A DNA stretch of 64,000 nt from Blasia pusilla (lineage: Eukaryota). The notes below the pieces were generated by a model, which saw only the letters and a list, made by a program, of their open reading frames with translations, made no database searches and was not told the DNA's origin. This document shows, piece by piece, positions 14,718 through 26,800 of this stretch. The stretch's first letter is position 1, and each line of letters begins with the position of its first letter. A program made the position numbers and the translations under genes. The stretch lies in NCBI GenBank assembly GCA_050084515.1, contig CM114271.1, positions 6,014,001 to 6,078,000 of the forward strand, given 5' to 3'.

Positions 14718-17660
14718 GTGGTTGCGTCCTCTCCAAGTGAGGTCACGATAGAGACTTGGGAGCCTGTAATAGGTCTCAAGTTGATAGGAGGAGAGCGACG
14801 GCAAGTTCATAGGTTTCTGAGAGGGCATGTCAATTATTTTGCCTTCGGTATGAGAGACTTGGGTATGTTGAAGGGTCCCGAGATACGAATTGAGTTGGCT
14901 AGCCATACGCCGATCTTTCGTCGATCCTACAGGTATTCTGATATGGAGTGAGCTTTGATTCAGAGCAGGAGTCAGGACTTGTTTGAGGCAGGACTTGTGG
15001 AGTTATCACATGGGGAGTATGCATCTGCCATAGTCATGCCGGCGAAAAAGGATATGTATGGCAATTGGACAGATTGGCGGATGTGTGGAGATTACCGTCC
15101 TATCAACCGAGATGCAAGGTCAGATTGGTACGCCATGCCTACTCTTGAGGAGATCTTTGATGTGGTAGGGCATGCAAAGATCTTCAGTACTTTAGATCTT
15201 TGTGCTGGCTATCATCGGCTTCCTATCAGTTTGGAGGACAAGGAGAAGATAGCATTCTGGGAGACAACTCGGTTCGGGAGAGATTGTTTGTATCATTGGC
15301 GGTTCTTACCATTTGGGTTGAAGAACACGCCTGCGGAGTTTCAGAAAGTGATGGACAGGATTATGGCTAGCTTGGATTTTGTATGGTATTACATAGATGA
15401 TATTCTTATCTTCAGTTCCACGGTTGAGGAGCATGAGCGACACATGGAGGAGATGTTTCAGCGATTGCAGTTACATGGACTAAAGTTACATCCAAGCAAG
15501 TGTAGATTCTTTCAGGAGTAGATTGAGTACTTGGGACACACGATATACCTGAGTGGGTTAGGTATTCAGCAGACAAAGATGGCAACTATTGCGCAGATTC
15601 CACGCCCTATAGATGTGAGTCGAGTCCGAGTGTTTCTAGGACTCGCAAAATTCTATCGATTGTATGTCAAGGGTTTTAGTACAATCGTGAAGTCTTTGAC
15701 CTTGCTCACAAGACTTGACCAAGTTTGCTTGTGGGAAGATGATCAAGAGCAAGCATTTCACAAGCTCAAGGACAGATTGACGTCCTCACCCATTTTACAG
15801 AGACCGACTAAGGGTCGCCCATTCTAGTTACGTACGGATTGGAGCATGTTGGGTTTAGGAGCCATGCTTACTAAGAGAGATGACGAGGAGAGGGAGTTCC
15901 TTGTGGCTTATGCGAGCCGATTGAACAACATTGCAGAGGCAAAGTACAGCTTCTAGGAGGGAGAGTGATTGGCTGTAGTGTGGGCCGTGCCACATTTCAG
16001 GTGCTATTTATTCATCAACCCTTTCACACTTATCACTAATCATCAGCCGTTGAGGTAGTTGATGGAGTCCGACAAGCTTACGGGAAAGCTTGCCAAGTGG
16101 GCTCTATTACTACCGGAGTATGAGTTCGAGGTGGTTCACAGACCAGATATGGTGAACCAAGATGCGGATGGGTTGAGTTGTAACCCATGTCTGAATTAGA
16201 GAGACGACACAGAACCTCGATGGCACGGAGAGAGTGATGAGGAGATGGTGCCCGGCTGGCATGCATCTGCCTATCTTTGTTGGTTGACTATGGCAGGTCA
16301 ACTGCAGGTGGTGACTCCAATGGTGGGATCGGATGATGAGTTTGGATCCGGAGGTTAGTGAGGAGGTGAGAGGTGGTCATGATATCCATGACGACCTGGA
16401 GGTGGTGGAGTTCTTGCGTACTGGCGTCATAGTGAGCACACTAAGTGCTAGGGAGCAAAATCAGATCCTACATAGAGCCAAGAGGTTCAAGTGGGAGGGA
16501 ACTCACATTTTGCGGGTATGGGGAGATGGTAGGATACGAGTGTTACCTCATCCTTCCCAACGAGCACGTGTAGTGTGACATGCCCATGTGGAGTTGGGGC
16601 GTTTTGGATTAAAGCTAACTTACAACTTACTCTAGGTTTAGTATTGGTGGCACGACATGCATATTGGGATACAGCAATGTGTGGCCACATGTATGGTATG
16701 TGACAGAGTGCGAGCATCCTTCAATGCTCCCACTCCGCAGTGACATCCTTTGTCGATTATGTGTTTATGTTATCGGTGGATTTTAGACTTCGCGGGACCT
16801 TTGCCATTGACGGGGTGTCATCATAGGTACGTGTTGGTCATGGTGGAGCATTTCTCCAAGTGGATAGAGCTAGTGGCACTACCAGACAAGGCGATTGAGG
16901 GAACAGCTTATGCGTTTCTAGATCGTGTGCTTAGTCACTTTGGTGCACCAACGGAGGTGTTGACTCAAGGTTATCGAGTTCAGGGGAGAGTTTCAGGCCT
17001 TGAGTGATGAGGCGCTGATAGATCACCGCACCACATCCTAAGATCATCCTTAGGTGGATGGTTGGCGGAGAGAGCAGTATAGACGGTGATGAGAGGATTG
17101 CGCTAGTATGGCTTGCAACAGGGACAGTTGAGGGAGTGGGACCTACAGTTGCCATGGTTGGCTATGGGTTATCGATTTAGTCGGCATGCATCTTTGGCGT
17201 CATTTTCACGGTCCTTTTTGCTCTTTGGGAGAGAGCAAGATTTATCTGCAGCTATTTGACATGACATGGCAGAGGTGTTAGATCTGGATGATCCATATGT
17301 GTGGGTATAAGCGTGTTCTCACAGGGCGGAGATTTTTTGTAGAGTTATGCCCATGGCCTTTGAGAACTTAGCTATTGCCCAGCATAGGGATATATTGAGG
17401 TACGCGACCATTTGTGGAGGAGGTTATCATCCAGGGATTATGAGGTTTCATCCTGAAGATTACTTGTATTTACAACAATCGGTACCCACGGCGCTAGATG
17501 TCACTGCAGGGCACACGATCCTACGTGTGCGCGAGGTATTTTCGACCGGAGTCCTCATGTTGGAGGGACGGGATGGTATGGTTTGGAAGGATCATGTGCG
17601 CAATTGTGCGCCATGTCATCTTTCGAACGTGGACGGGATAGTGGATCCGAGCTTGGCTAG
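14718..17660 (+). pseudogene. Element 1 RT-RNaseH-integrase (decayed)
   Basis: RMCGDYRPIN, LPFGLKN, YIDD, TDWS, KLAKWALLL, DFAGP, MVEHFSKW. C-terminus deleted at ~17660. Confidence 0.92.
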
Positions 17661-18892
17661 GTTCGTTGTATCAAGAACGTCATTTCTGCCAACTTTCCTG
17701 TTGAGGTCTTTCACACTCGGGTGACTTGTTGAGCAGGTCACCCGCCCCTGGTAACTTTTGTGCGCAGGTTACCATGAGGATAGCTATTTTTAGCTATTTT
17801 GGGAAGAGCGTTTTGGCTCTTCCCAACCTTATATAAGAGAGGAAGATGGCTTTCCCAAGCCATCTTTCTCATGTTGGGCTGGCCATTCTTACTCGTATGT
17901 GTGAGTTAGGACTAAGTGCTAGTGTTTGGATTCCTTGATAGCACAGGGTGGACGAGGCTTGATATGCCGATATAGATTGAGGAGTGGAGTTTTAGGCCGG
18001 GCTTCCATTTTTACTACTCTTTATTTTTTGTTTTGTGATCGTCATGTATATGTATAAGTTGATTTTTGTACATGTGTGGATCTATCCGTGTGTGGGAAAG
18101 ATCTGTGTTGTGTGGTATGGATATGCATAGCGATGTATGTTGTGTAGCGATGTGTATGCATACAAAAAATGCCATTTTGATGTAAGTAGTCATAAAACTC
18201 TGTTGAAAGGTACTCTCCTCCTCCATCACGACGCAATTTGAGAATGTGTTCTCCAATATGCTTCTCTATCATAATTCTAAATGTTTGAAATATTGAGAAT
18301 ACTTCTAACTTGGCTTTCAGAAAGTATATCCATATATACCTAGAGAAGTGATCAATGAATGAAACAAAGTAATGGCAACCACTAAGGCTATGTTGTGATG
18401 TTGCCCATACATCATTGTGAATCAACTCCAATATCTTGGATGCTCTTCTACCTTATTTTGGAAATGGAAATCTAGCTTGTTTTCCAAATTTGCAAGAAGG
18501 ACATACCTCTAACATAATAGGACTCGCTAATTTAGGAAGTCTTATTCCAAGATTAGAGGATAAAAGACTCTATAATCTTTCAAGATTCATATGCCCAATT
18601 CTCTTGTGCCACACATTTAGATTTGTGAGTTGTTGGCCAGTTTGATCATACATTGTTGTTTGAATCTCTTGCATAAAAACATATAATTTGAACCTTCTGC
18701 CAGATTTATTTCCTTTTCTTATCATAGTCTCATCATCCATTATTTCAATGAAACAACAATCTGTATTAAACTTCACTTGATAACCTTGTTCTACTATTTG
18801 TCTTACATAGATCAAATTTCTTGCAATGGTAGGAACATAAAGAACATTTCCAAGAGCACAAAGACCATCTAATGCTATTGGAACTTTACCGG

Positions 18893-20487
18893 TGTCGTAT
18901 AACAAAATCACCCATTATGTAAACTCCTCTATCATTACGTGTTACAGAGAGTTTTATTAGTATTAAGTAAATTAGCCTAGGAAAATGAAATTCCCATATT
19001 TAAACCTCTTTGGAGTGGCTCATTTGTACGAGCCCAACATTGTAGTCTTCATTTTTTATAATGGCACTAACAAACTATGTGAGCTAGATCCCACAATTCT
19101 CAAGCTGCCCATTGTAGGAAAAAGGGTCAAGATTTTTTTTAGACGTGAGGAATTTCTTGATTTTGATCAATAATTCAATCAATCTAGAGACACAGCAAAA
19201 ACAAGTCTTGATGCACATATGGAAGGATGTGCAATTTTGGAGGGGATGAATGTCACATAGTAACATCACCCACTCAGTAAACTTCTCTATCATTAAGTGT
19301 TAGAGAGAGTTTTATTAGTATTAAATAAATTAGCCAAGGAAAATAAAATTCTCATGTTTAAACCTATTTAGGATGGCTTATTTGTGTGGGCCAAACTTTA
19401 GGAAAAGAGATAATAAATAAAATATGGAATTATAAAAATAAAATAGTGGGATATGTGTTTTAATGAAAAAAAACAAAAGTAGCCTTAGTTGGTGGTTAGG
19501 GTAGTTGGGTTAGTTTGGAAGAGATAAAAAGTAATCTACTTGTGTCAAAATAAAATTGGCTAAGCCTTGAGAGGAAGTCATGTGACGCAAGATAAGATTA
19601 GCCCTATTTCATACTCTTGTGGATCCCTTCTGAGTATAAAAAAAAGACCTTCAAGGGTTCATCACCTTCTACTTCATTTCTTGAGTTCTCGTGTCACTCT
19701 TGAGTGGATGGCATTGGGCTTGCTTGTTCTTCCAATGAGAATGGATTATCCCTCGTGGGAGAGTAATTTGACCATGGTCTATTCTTCGAGAGGTTTCTAG
19801 AGTGTGGTATGTGTGGGGATGAGAGACTTGTCATCTTAGGGCAGTTTAGTCATACTAGAGATAGTGGATGGGTTTTGACTTGTTAATTTCCCAATGAGAG
19901 GGGATTACCCCTCTTGGGAGAGCAACTCCGCCAAAAACCATTGTTGAGGAGAGTAGAGGATATCCGTCAACTATGGATAGATGTGTAGCACGAGTTGTAT
20001 CTAATTTTCCTTTCCTTAACCAATACCACGTAAAGATTCTCTTCATAGATAGGCAGTGGTTTACACGTTATCTACTTTATCACTTTGGAGAGACATTCAT
20101 GAATCAGGTCATGCAATCTCCAACTCCAGTGATTCTTCCAATGGTCACATATGGGAGGACATGAGATTGTAGGTTGTATGTTCTTATATAACGATCCATG
20201 GATGTTAATAGGCCTCCTCGTTTAACACTAATTGTGTTATTTTTCTTGTCTATAAGCGTAAAGTATTTTACAATGACTTCATAGTCATGAATTTTTGAAT
20301 TCGTTGTTATGAAGAAATGATCGCCTCAGCACTACCATTCGTGATTCCTATCATGAGAGAATGGAGGGTTTACATAATAATTTTGTATTGGAAAAGGATA
20401 ACTTCTTATAGAGTTCGGCTTGCATTAACCACGTCTGCCGCAACTAGCAAGTCCGTCCTTACTCGAAGAAAAGCTCTCCACACAACA
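18893..20487. mobile_element. 1.6-kb non-coding TG...CA insertion (probable solo LTR) in the Copia protease region
   Basis: Begins tgtcgta and ends cacaaca. Flanks ccgg/tcga look like a CpG-decayed 4-bp TSD. Removing the insert restores IIH-TGKVP. Internal ~130-bp duplication (18905-19040 vs 19262-19398). Confidence 0.7.
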
Positions 20488-22142
20488 TCGATATGTATGA
20501 TATGAAATTGAGTATCATCTCCTTTAAGCACAATTGCAAGTTCTTTCACCGGTTCCATACTACTGAACCATTTAGCTTCTGAGGTCATTTGATTTGATGC
20601 ACCAAAGTCAATGTACCAATCTGTTGTCCAGTCTTTCTTGACCATAGCTCCCATATGATATGTCACGACCAAGATATGTTCAATTTATAAATTTTGTTGT
20701 TCTTTATATTTCCCTTGGTATTTTTGCTCCACATAGTTTTGTTGTTGTAAGGCTCTCGTTCTCATATCTTCCTTCTTCTTGAAGCAAAACTTTGTATTAA
20801 GACCCTTTATCCCACAATAATTGCAAGATCTAGGGATCCTCTTTTATTGACCTCGATCCCAACGGTTTCCACCATCATCAACTTGTGATTATATCTGGTA
20901 CTGATTTGCGGTTGATCGAGTGACGTTATGTTGAGTGTCTCTTCCTCCATATGCTTGATATCCACGACGACCATAGAAGCTTCTACCACGACCTCTGCCT
21001 CTGTTTGTTCCATTATCTGCAAATATCGCACTCTCTTGCATACTAGACGAGCTACTGTTGCCTACTAGGCGCATCTTCTCACTGATTAAGAGTGGGACTA
21101 ACTCTTGAAAGATTGCATACTTCTCTCTCACAGAAATAGAAGTCTCAAAGGACTTGTAATCCTTTGGAAGGCCTTGAAGAATAAAAAATTCATATCATCA
21201 TCTTCTACTAGCATTCCAATGCTATTCAAATGATCAACGACATGTCTGATACTGAAAACATAGTCATTGATGCTCTGCGATCATTTCCCCATTTTATTCA
21301 ATTTTTGTTTCAATTGAATCTTTCTCGCTTTAGTAGATGTTCGGAACAGCTTTTCCAATGTCTTCCATGACTCCTTTGGAATATCAACATCTTGAGTGTG
21401 ACCTATCAATATTGGCGAACTGATCATTATTAAAATACAATTTATTACTTGCCTTGCACGTTTGTTCCAAGGGCAAAGATTCAAGTCTGTTGAGTCACCT
21501 TCTGGCTTGGCCTCATCACCTGTAACAAGTTCCCATAATTCTTGATCCATGAGAAATTATTTCATTCGAAACTTACAAACATTGTAGTTCTACTTGTCTA
21601 GCTTCTCGCATATGATTGCTGTTGAGGAATATTCCATAAAAAGTAATTTTAGTCACAAAAACATAATTTCAAACTCTCCATTGCTCCAATTAAAGCATAG
21701 ACTATTCCTTAATAGAAATTGACCTGAATTTTTCCAAAATTGATCAACTGTATGGAAGAACTAGTCAAAATTGGCCTGTAGAGAGCAAACTGCACAACTT
21801 TCCTTCACTAATTGCACTTTCCTACATTGAAATTGCCACTCCATGAGCTCAGAATGTCAAAATTGAACGATTTTGGATGCTTTGGAAAGCTATAGACGAG
21901 CTCTACAAGAAAATTAAAATGATTTTTCAGCATCATTCTATCTGATGCGGGTCCATATTGTTAAATCAATCGGGAAAGCCCTAAAAAATGCCTCCAAAGT
22001 TTTATCACCATCATAGCTCCACTTGAAATCTTCTATCACCAAGCTCTCAATGGAAATTTCCTTCTACTAAATTATAATTTTGCCTTCTTTTGCCTCTCTT
22101 CTCTCCTCAAACACCAAGAATTTCAACTGATGTTCTCATATC

Positions 22143-22154
22143 GCTCTAATACCA
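22143..22154 (-). promoter_or_regulatory. Copia primer-binding site (initiator tRNA-Met type)
   Basis: Minus strand TGGTATTAGAGC, one mismatch to canonical TGGTATCAGAGC, directly after the 5' LTR. Confidence 0.85.
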
Positions 22155-22453
22155 TGTAGAAAACTGATAAAAAAACATAATTTATGGGAAATGACTCACA
22201 CTCACACACCACCATGGAAAATGAAATTTTGCAATGAGAGAATGAGTGGAGGTTCGTCCCCTTCTCAATTATATAGGGTATGTACAAGCAATTATAACCA
22301 TAGTCTTGAGTTAGACTAACTGTGATTAACTAACCCTAGTTAAGATAATTGAGCTTAGCTGACTAAACAAGATTAAGCTTCCCTACTTTGTATGAGTACG
22401 AAATGTAGAAGTTTGGATGTCCAATGAGCTTGAGTGTAACTTAGTTTTCAATA
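22155..22453 (-). repeat. Copia 5' LTR
   Basis: Direct repeat of 7672-7983, abutting the PBS. Confidence 0.9.
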
Positions 22454-22737
22454 AAAAGGTGACAGGATCTATAATGCATTGGAATTATCTTCTCATAAGC
22501 TTTCCAACCCCATCTTATTCATCCCAAACGTCTCTTGGGTCTAATGGTTAAGACCTCAAATACAGAAAACCCCCAAATGCTTAGTCAAGTTCCATATTAG
22601 TTTACGATCCCATTGGTGCCCAACTCTTGTAGGACTTGAGATCCTCTCAAATCCTACTTGATGATTGGTCTTGTTCTACTAGGTCACTATCATTATCACT
22701 TGAGACGTCCAATAAAGCTCACATCTCACTTGCAACT

Positions 22738-22828
22738 CATGTCTCATTCGAGAGATTCTGACGCGCTTCCATCCTAGTGTGAGCATACTAGAGTTTTGAT
22801 GTTCCACATCGGCACACTTTTGGTTATG
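22738..22828 (+). repeat. Dispersed repeat, second copy at 62323-62416 (probable remnant of another TE family)
   Basis: Shared catgtctc...ccatcctagtgtga.c.tactagagt..tgatgtt...catcg.cacac.tttggttat. Confidence 0.6.
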
Positions 22829-23877
22829 AGGGTCGCAACATGAATTATCATATTACGTTTGTGTTGTCAAATCATCTTATTCTTCCACACAAATGAGATA
22901 TTGATCCACTATCCATTTGTAAGCATCTCCATAGCTTGACATATCACTTTTCATGATCATAAATAACTATTGGTCATGACTTTCTTCCACTAGTCGAACA
23001 TTCCTATGCTTACCTTTCAGATCTTTCTCCTTCCAACAAACTTCTCCATGCTTACACTCCCATATAAGTTTCTATTATTCTTGGTCTTTGACAATGGTTT
23101 TCGCAACATTCAAAGTCTTCAAGAAAGAGTTACGAAGTAGGTTCACTTGAAACTTTCGTTAGAACCCCTTAAAATAAGAGTTCGCACCATTTTTGGTGCC
23201 TGAGCAACTTCCAATTGAGATTTGTCTTGGCCTAAACTAAAGAAGAGGGGTAAGTAGAGAAGAGAGTATTGAGGGATCTATACTGAAACTCTTATACTTA
23301 TAAGGCTCATCCTCAAATATTGGATCCTTACTCGAAATCTTAACCAAGACTAATAGAGAGGTTGCTTAGGAAACCTCAAGGATTAAAAATTTTGTGGAAA
23401 TAACATCTACCTTGAAATTTTAAAACTATATCTATGAAGATCGTCCGTTATGGTTGTGAGAATTGCAATTTCAACAAGGTGAAGTGAACTCTAATAGAAA
23501 ATATGTCCAAAGTCGAGACAGTACTTAAAGTTTTGTATATCAAAGAACAATGTGGAGCAAGGTGATGTTACCCTAGGTACAACGGGACAACTGAACTGTT
23601 GGGATTATCTTGAGTTTAGTATTAGGAGCACAACATATTTGGTTAAAACAATAGTGCAGAATAGCCAACATGCAATACTGTAGTTGATTGCAGAACGAAT
23701 CATTACAGTTCTTAAAAAACTTGAACGACCACATTTTATTGAGTGTGGGCGATACCAATCTTGTAAACATGAATGATGACTAGAATGGACAAAAATGGGT
23801 CTTTTCGCTCAGTTGAGGAGGGTATTCAGTTGTAAAATTTGTAGATGAATCCTGCATAACTCTCAGCCTTGTAATCA

Positions 23878-26800
23878 TTAGGCATACACATGATCTTCTT
23901 GAATGAACAGTTTCTTGACCTGAAATAGGCAATACAACCAGTAAACAGTTGTCAGTTCATACCTCAACTCTCTAACCTAGGCAACAGTTAAATTAAGAAG
24001 AGCAGGTGGAGTACAAATTAGTGCCTCCTTACAAACATGACAACCTCAACATCTAAATTCATATCTGCCAAGTTGGAGTGATGTTGACTACTGTCTAAAC
24101 CATATTTGGCCATCATCTGCAACTGCCACGTAGATACAGCAAGGGAGAGATAGACCTGTTCCAAAGTCAAAAACATGATGACATTCCATGATCCCAAACG
24201 TCCAAAATTCGGTACAAAGCCTTTGTAAAAGGCCATGATTCCCTACAAAACACAGAAACTTGCAGCATTGAGATGGAGACCAGATATTTGAAAAAGTTCC
24301 AATATTAAAACCAGACCATACAAGCTTTCTCTGAATAGAACAGTATCCTGACTATAAATTCAACAGCTACATTACCTTCCACACTAACCAATCAGGGTTT
24401 TTCACCCATCTCCTGCAGTAGATCACTTGGCATGCTTTTCAAGGCAAAATACATTCTTTGCATTCACAAGTGCATTGGCAGGAAGCAAGATGTGCTGACA
24501 TACATCATTTTGGAAGGTTTTCACAAAGCAATCGATAGTCCCCTTGTATGCCTTTGAATCTCCCATCATCCGGGACTTGACCTGCACATTCACCCAAGAA
24601 CTAATTCACTCAGTGAACCATGTGGAAAACATGTTGTGATTGAACCATATGCAGACCAAAGAATATCATTGGTCAGGCCCCTAGATACCTACTTTCGCCT
24701 AAAACTGCACCTCACAGACTGAAATAAATGTCTCAAACAGTCAAGACGCATACTCTACTCACCACATCAACTGGCGAACCTACGCACACGGCAATAAATC
24801 CAGCTCCGAGGCCAGATAGTATGTGAGTGATGACATTGTCCGAAAATCCAGGCAGCTTCAATAGAGACTGAAGGTTTGCAGCAAAATACAACTTTAGTAA
24901 GTGCCAGATGAACAATATATTGAGGGTCAAGATCGAAACAAAACTTGGATGGAGCGAAGAAAAAGTACAGGTAGTCCTCAGAATCATTTAGGCATCTAAT
25001 GTTAAGGTTCTCCCAGTAGTGGTCTCATAAACCAAAAACCTCCTGCATAAAACTGCCTGGGCACTTAGCATCACAGTAGCCAAGGAATTTATCCATAGAA
25101 TTAGGTTAATCTTTAGAGATGACAAAATCTCCCCTTTTTCTCGTACTACGATGTGCAGAGGTAAATCAAGTGCCTTTCCCACCTCCTATCGTACACAAAA
25201 TACGTCTTTCTCCTCAACAGATGTACTGCTCTAAAGAGACCTATTTCCCACCCTCTGGATTTTGTCACAAACCAGTCTTTGTTGAGATCCAACTCTGGGT
25301 GTGTGATCTCCTTATATCTTACTATTCTCTAGATTGCTGGTACTGCTCTTTCAAGCTATCCATGAGTTCTGCTAACCCAGATCGACAGGCTCTGACCCAA
25401 CTCTTGGCACATGCTCTACTCATGATTTTGGAGGCTTCCCGAGACACATGGGCATATTGCTCTTTTGGATCTTCTCACATCTACTACACGAGGGGAGTTT
25501 AGAGAGGAATTGTTGCATGGCGCCTACCATATAATACAGAGAGCTGGAAGCCAATTGCCATAGCAGGGTGGAGTAAGGTAAGTGAGACACATAGATGACC
25601 ACTCTGAAATTTTATCCATCATAAATGGATTATAGCCAGCATGACGCACTATAACTGTACAGTCTGCAGATATGTGAACAAACATATCCAGAGAAAAATG
25701 ACAGGTTTATTAATCCCTCCAAAAACACAACATATCATCAGCAAATAAGACAGGTGTGAACACATGCTGATTGGAGGTCTATTTCATAGTCTTGATATGA
25801 ATCTAAGTCAACCTGTTGTTGATCAATCACTTCTTCATGATCAATCATATTTTCTGAGACTACAGTCTAGACTAATGTATGACCTGTTACTTTGTGAAGC
25901 TAGCACTTGCCATGTAAACAAATGAAATTTCTTTATGCAGATCGATAGCTCAAGATTCAGAAAATCATTGCACAAAGATGTAAGAAGACATAGTCAACGC
26001 TCACCTGTTTGACTTGATCATAGCTTGCAAGTTCAGCAGCATTAATAATGGCATTACGGGCTACATTAGGCCCAATTCCCGTCCACAGTGCTTTTACTCC
26101 TTCCTATCAGCAATACGACCAAGAGATATAGCAAAAATATCAGTTTCGTTGGAATATAATTTTCTCTAAGTGAAGAATATTCTGCGAGGCAATTGGAACA
26201 ACACAACATCATTGGATTCGAGGAGGGTGAACCTGCTTCACGATTGTGGAGTAAGCATTCATTGCTCCACTGTAACGCCGTGGTACACCTGGTGGGAGCT
26301 TTCCTTCTGCCTGTAGCCGCACCTTAACTAGATCGGTGGGACTTGCCACTGCTATGCCTACCGCACCTGTCTCTCACAACCAATTTTGGAAATTATTAAG
26401 AAACAGAAGATGGAAGAAATTTCCCGGCGACCAAAACTGCAGCTCCATACTGAGATGAGACATCGCATTAAAGAATGTCAAATCATGAGAAGAAGTCCTT
26501 CCAAGGCAACTTCACTTACATGCATTCCTTCAAAGCGCTACTCGTTTGAGACCCGATAAATATTAAAGAGGGGTGAAAAGCATGGTACCTGTTGTGAGAC
26601 CGGCAGCGATCTTCTTTATCAATGGTACATCACCTACATGATCCTTCCCCACATAAATATTTTTTACCTGCTCTTGCGAAAAACAGGCACCAGTCAACTC
26701 CAATCCCTTTTTTCTTGTACCAAGTGAGAAGTTGCTACTAGCAAGGTTTCTTAAAGATATCAAGAGAAAGCACTTGAATGTCCACGATGCTCTACCAACA

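Larger units (their letters stand above)
10299..18167 (+). mobile_element. Element 1: DNMT-carrying Ty3/Gypsy retrotransposon nested in the Copia integrase. A1 10299-10773; partial A2 ~17661-18030; B2 ~18031-18167.
   Basis: Gag with two CCHC-type knuckles (11757-11912), protease VLLDSGAQ, C5-MTase motifs, RT (YIDD), RNaseH and integrase. Interrupts Copia QNGI|QRQ with a decayed 4-bp TSD (gata/aatg from GATG). Many stops. Confidence 0.92.
7672..22453 (-). mobile_element. Ty1/Copia LTR retrotransposon, full-length but decayed, with two nested insertions
   Basis: Paired ~300-bp LTRs (7672-7983, 22155-22453), Met-type PBS and PPT. Domain order gag (~21630-20760), PR (WYIDFGASN), IN (ELIHNDVW...DGGGEY), RT (LKKALYGLNQAPRVW, LYVDDLLI), RNaseH (ARTKHVEVHYHF...LRGSIEG). 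Confidence 0.95.

Noticed and set aside
7667-22458. TSD for the Copia element
   Set aside because: The flanks (tatat and aaaag) do not match; they are decayed or rearranged.
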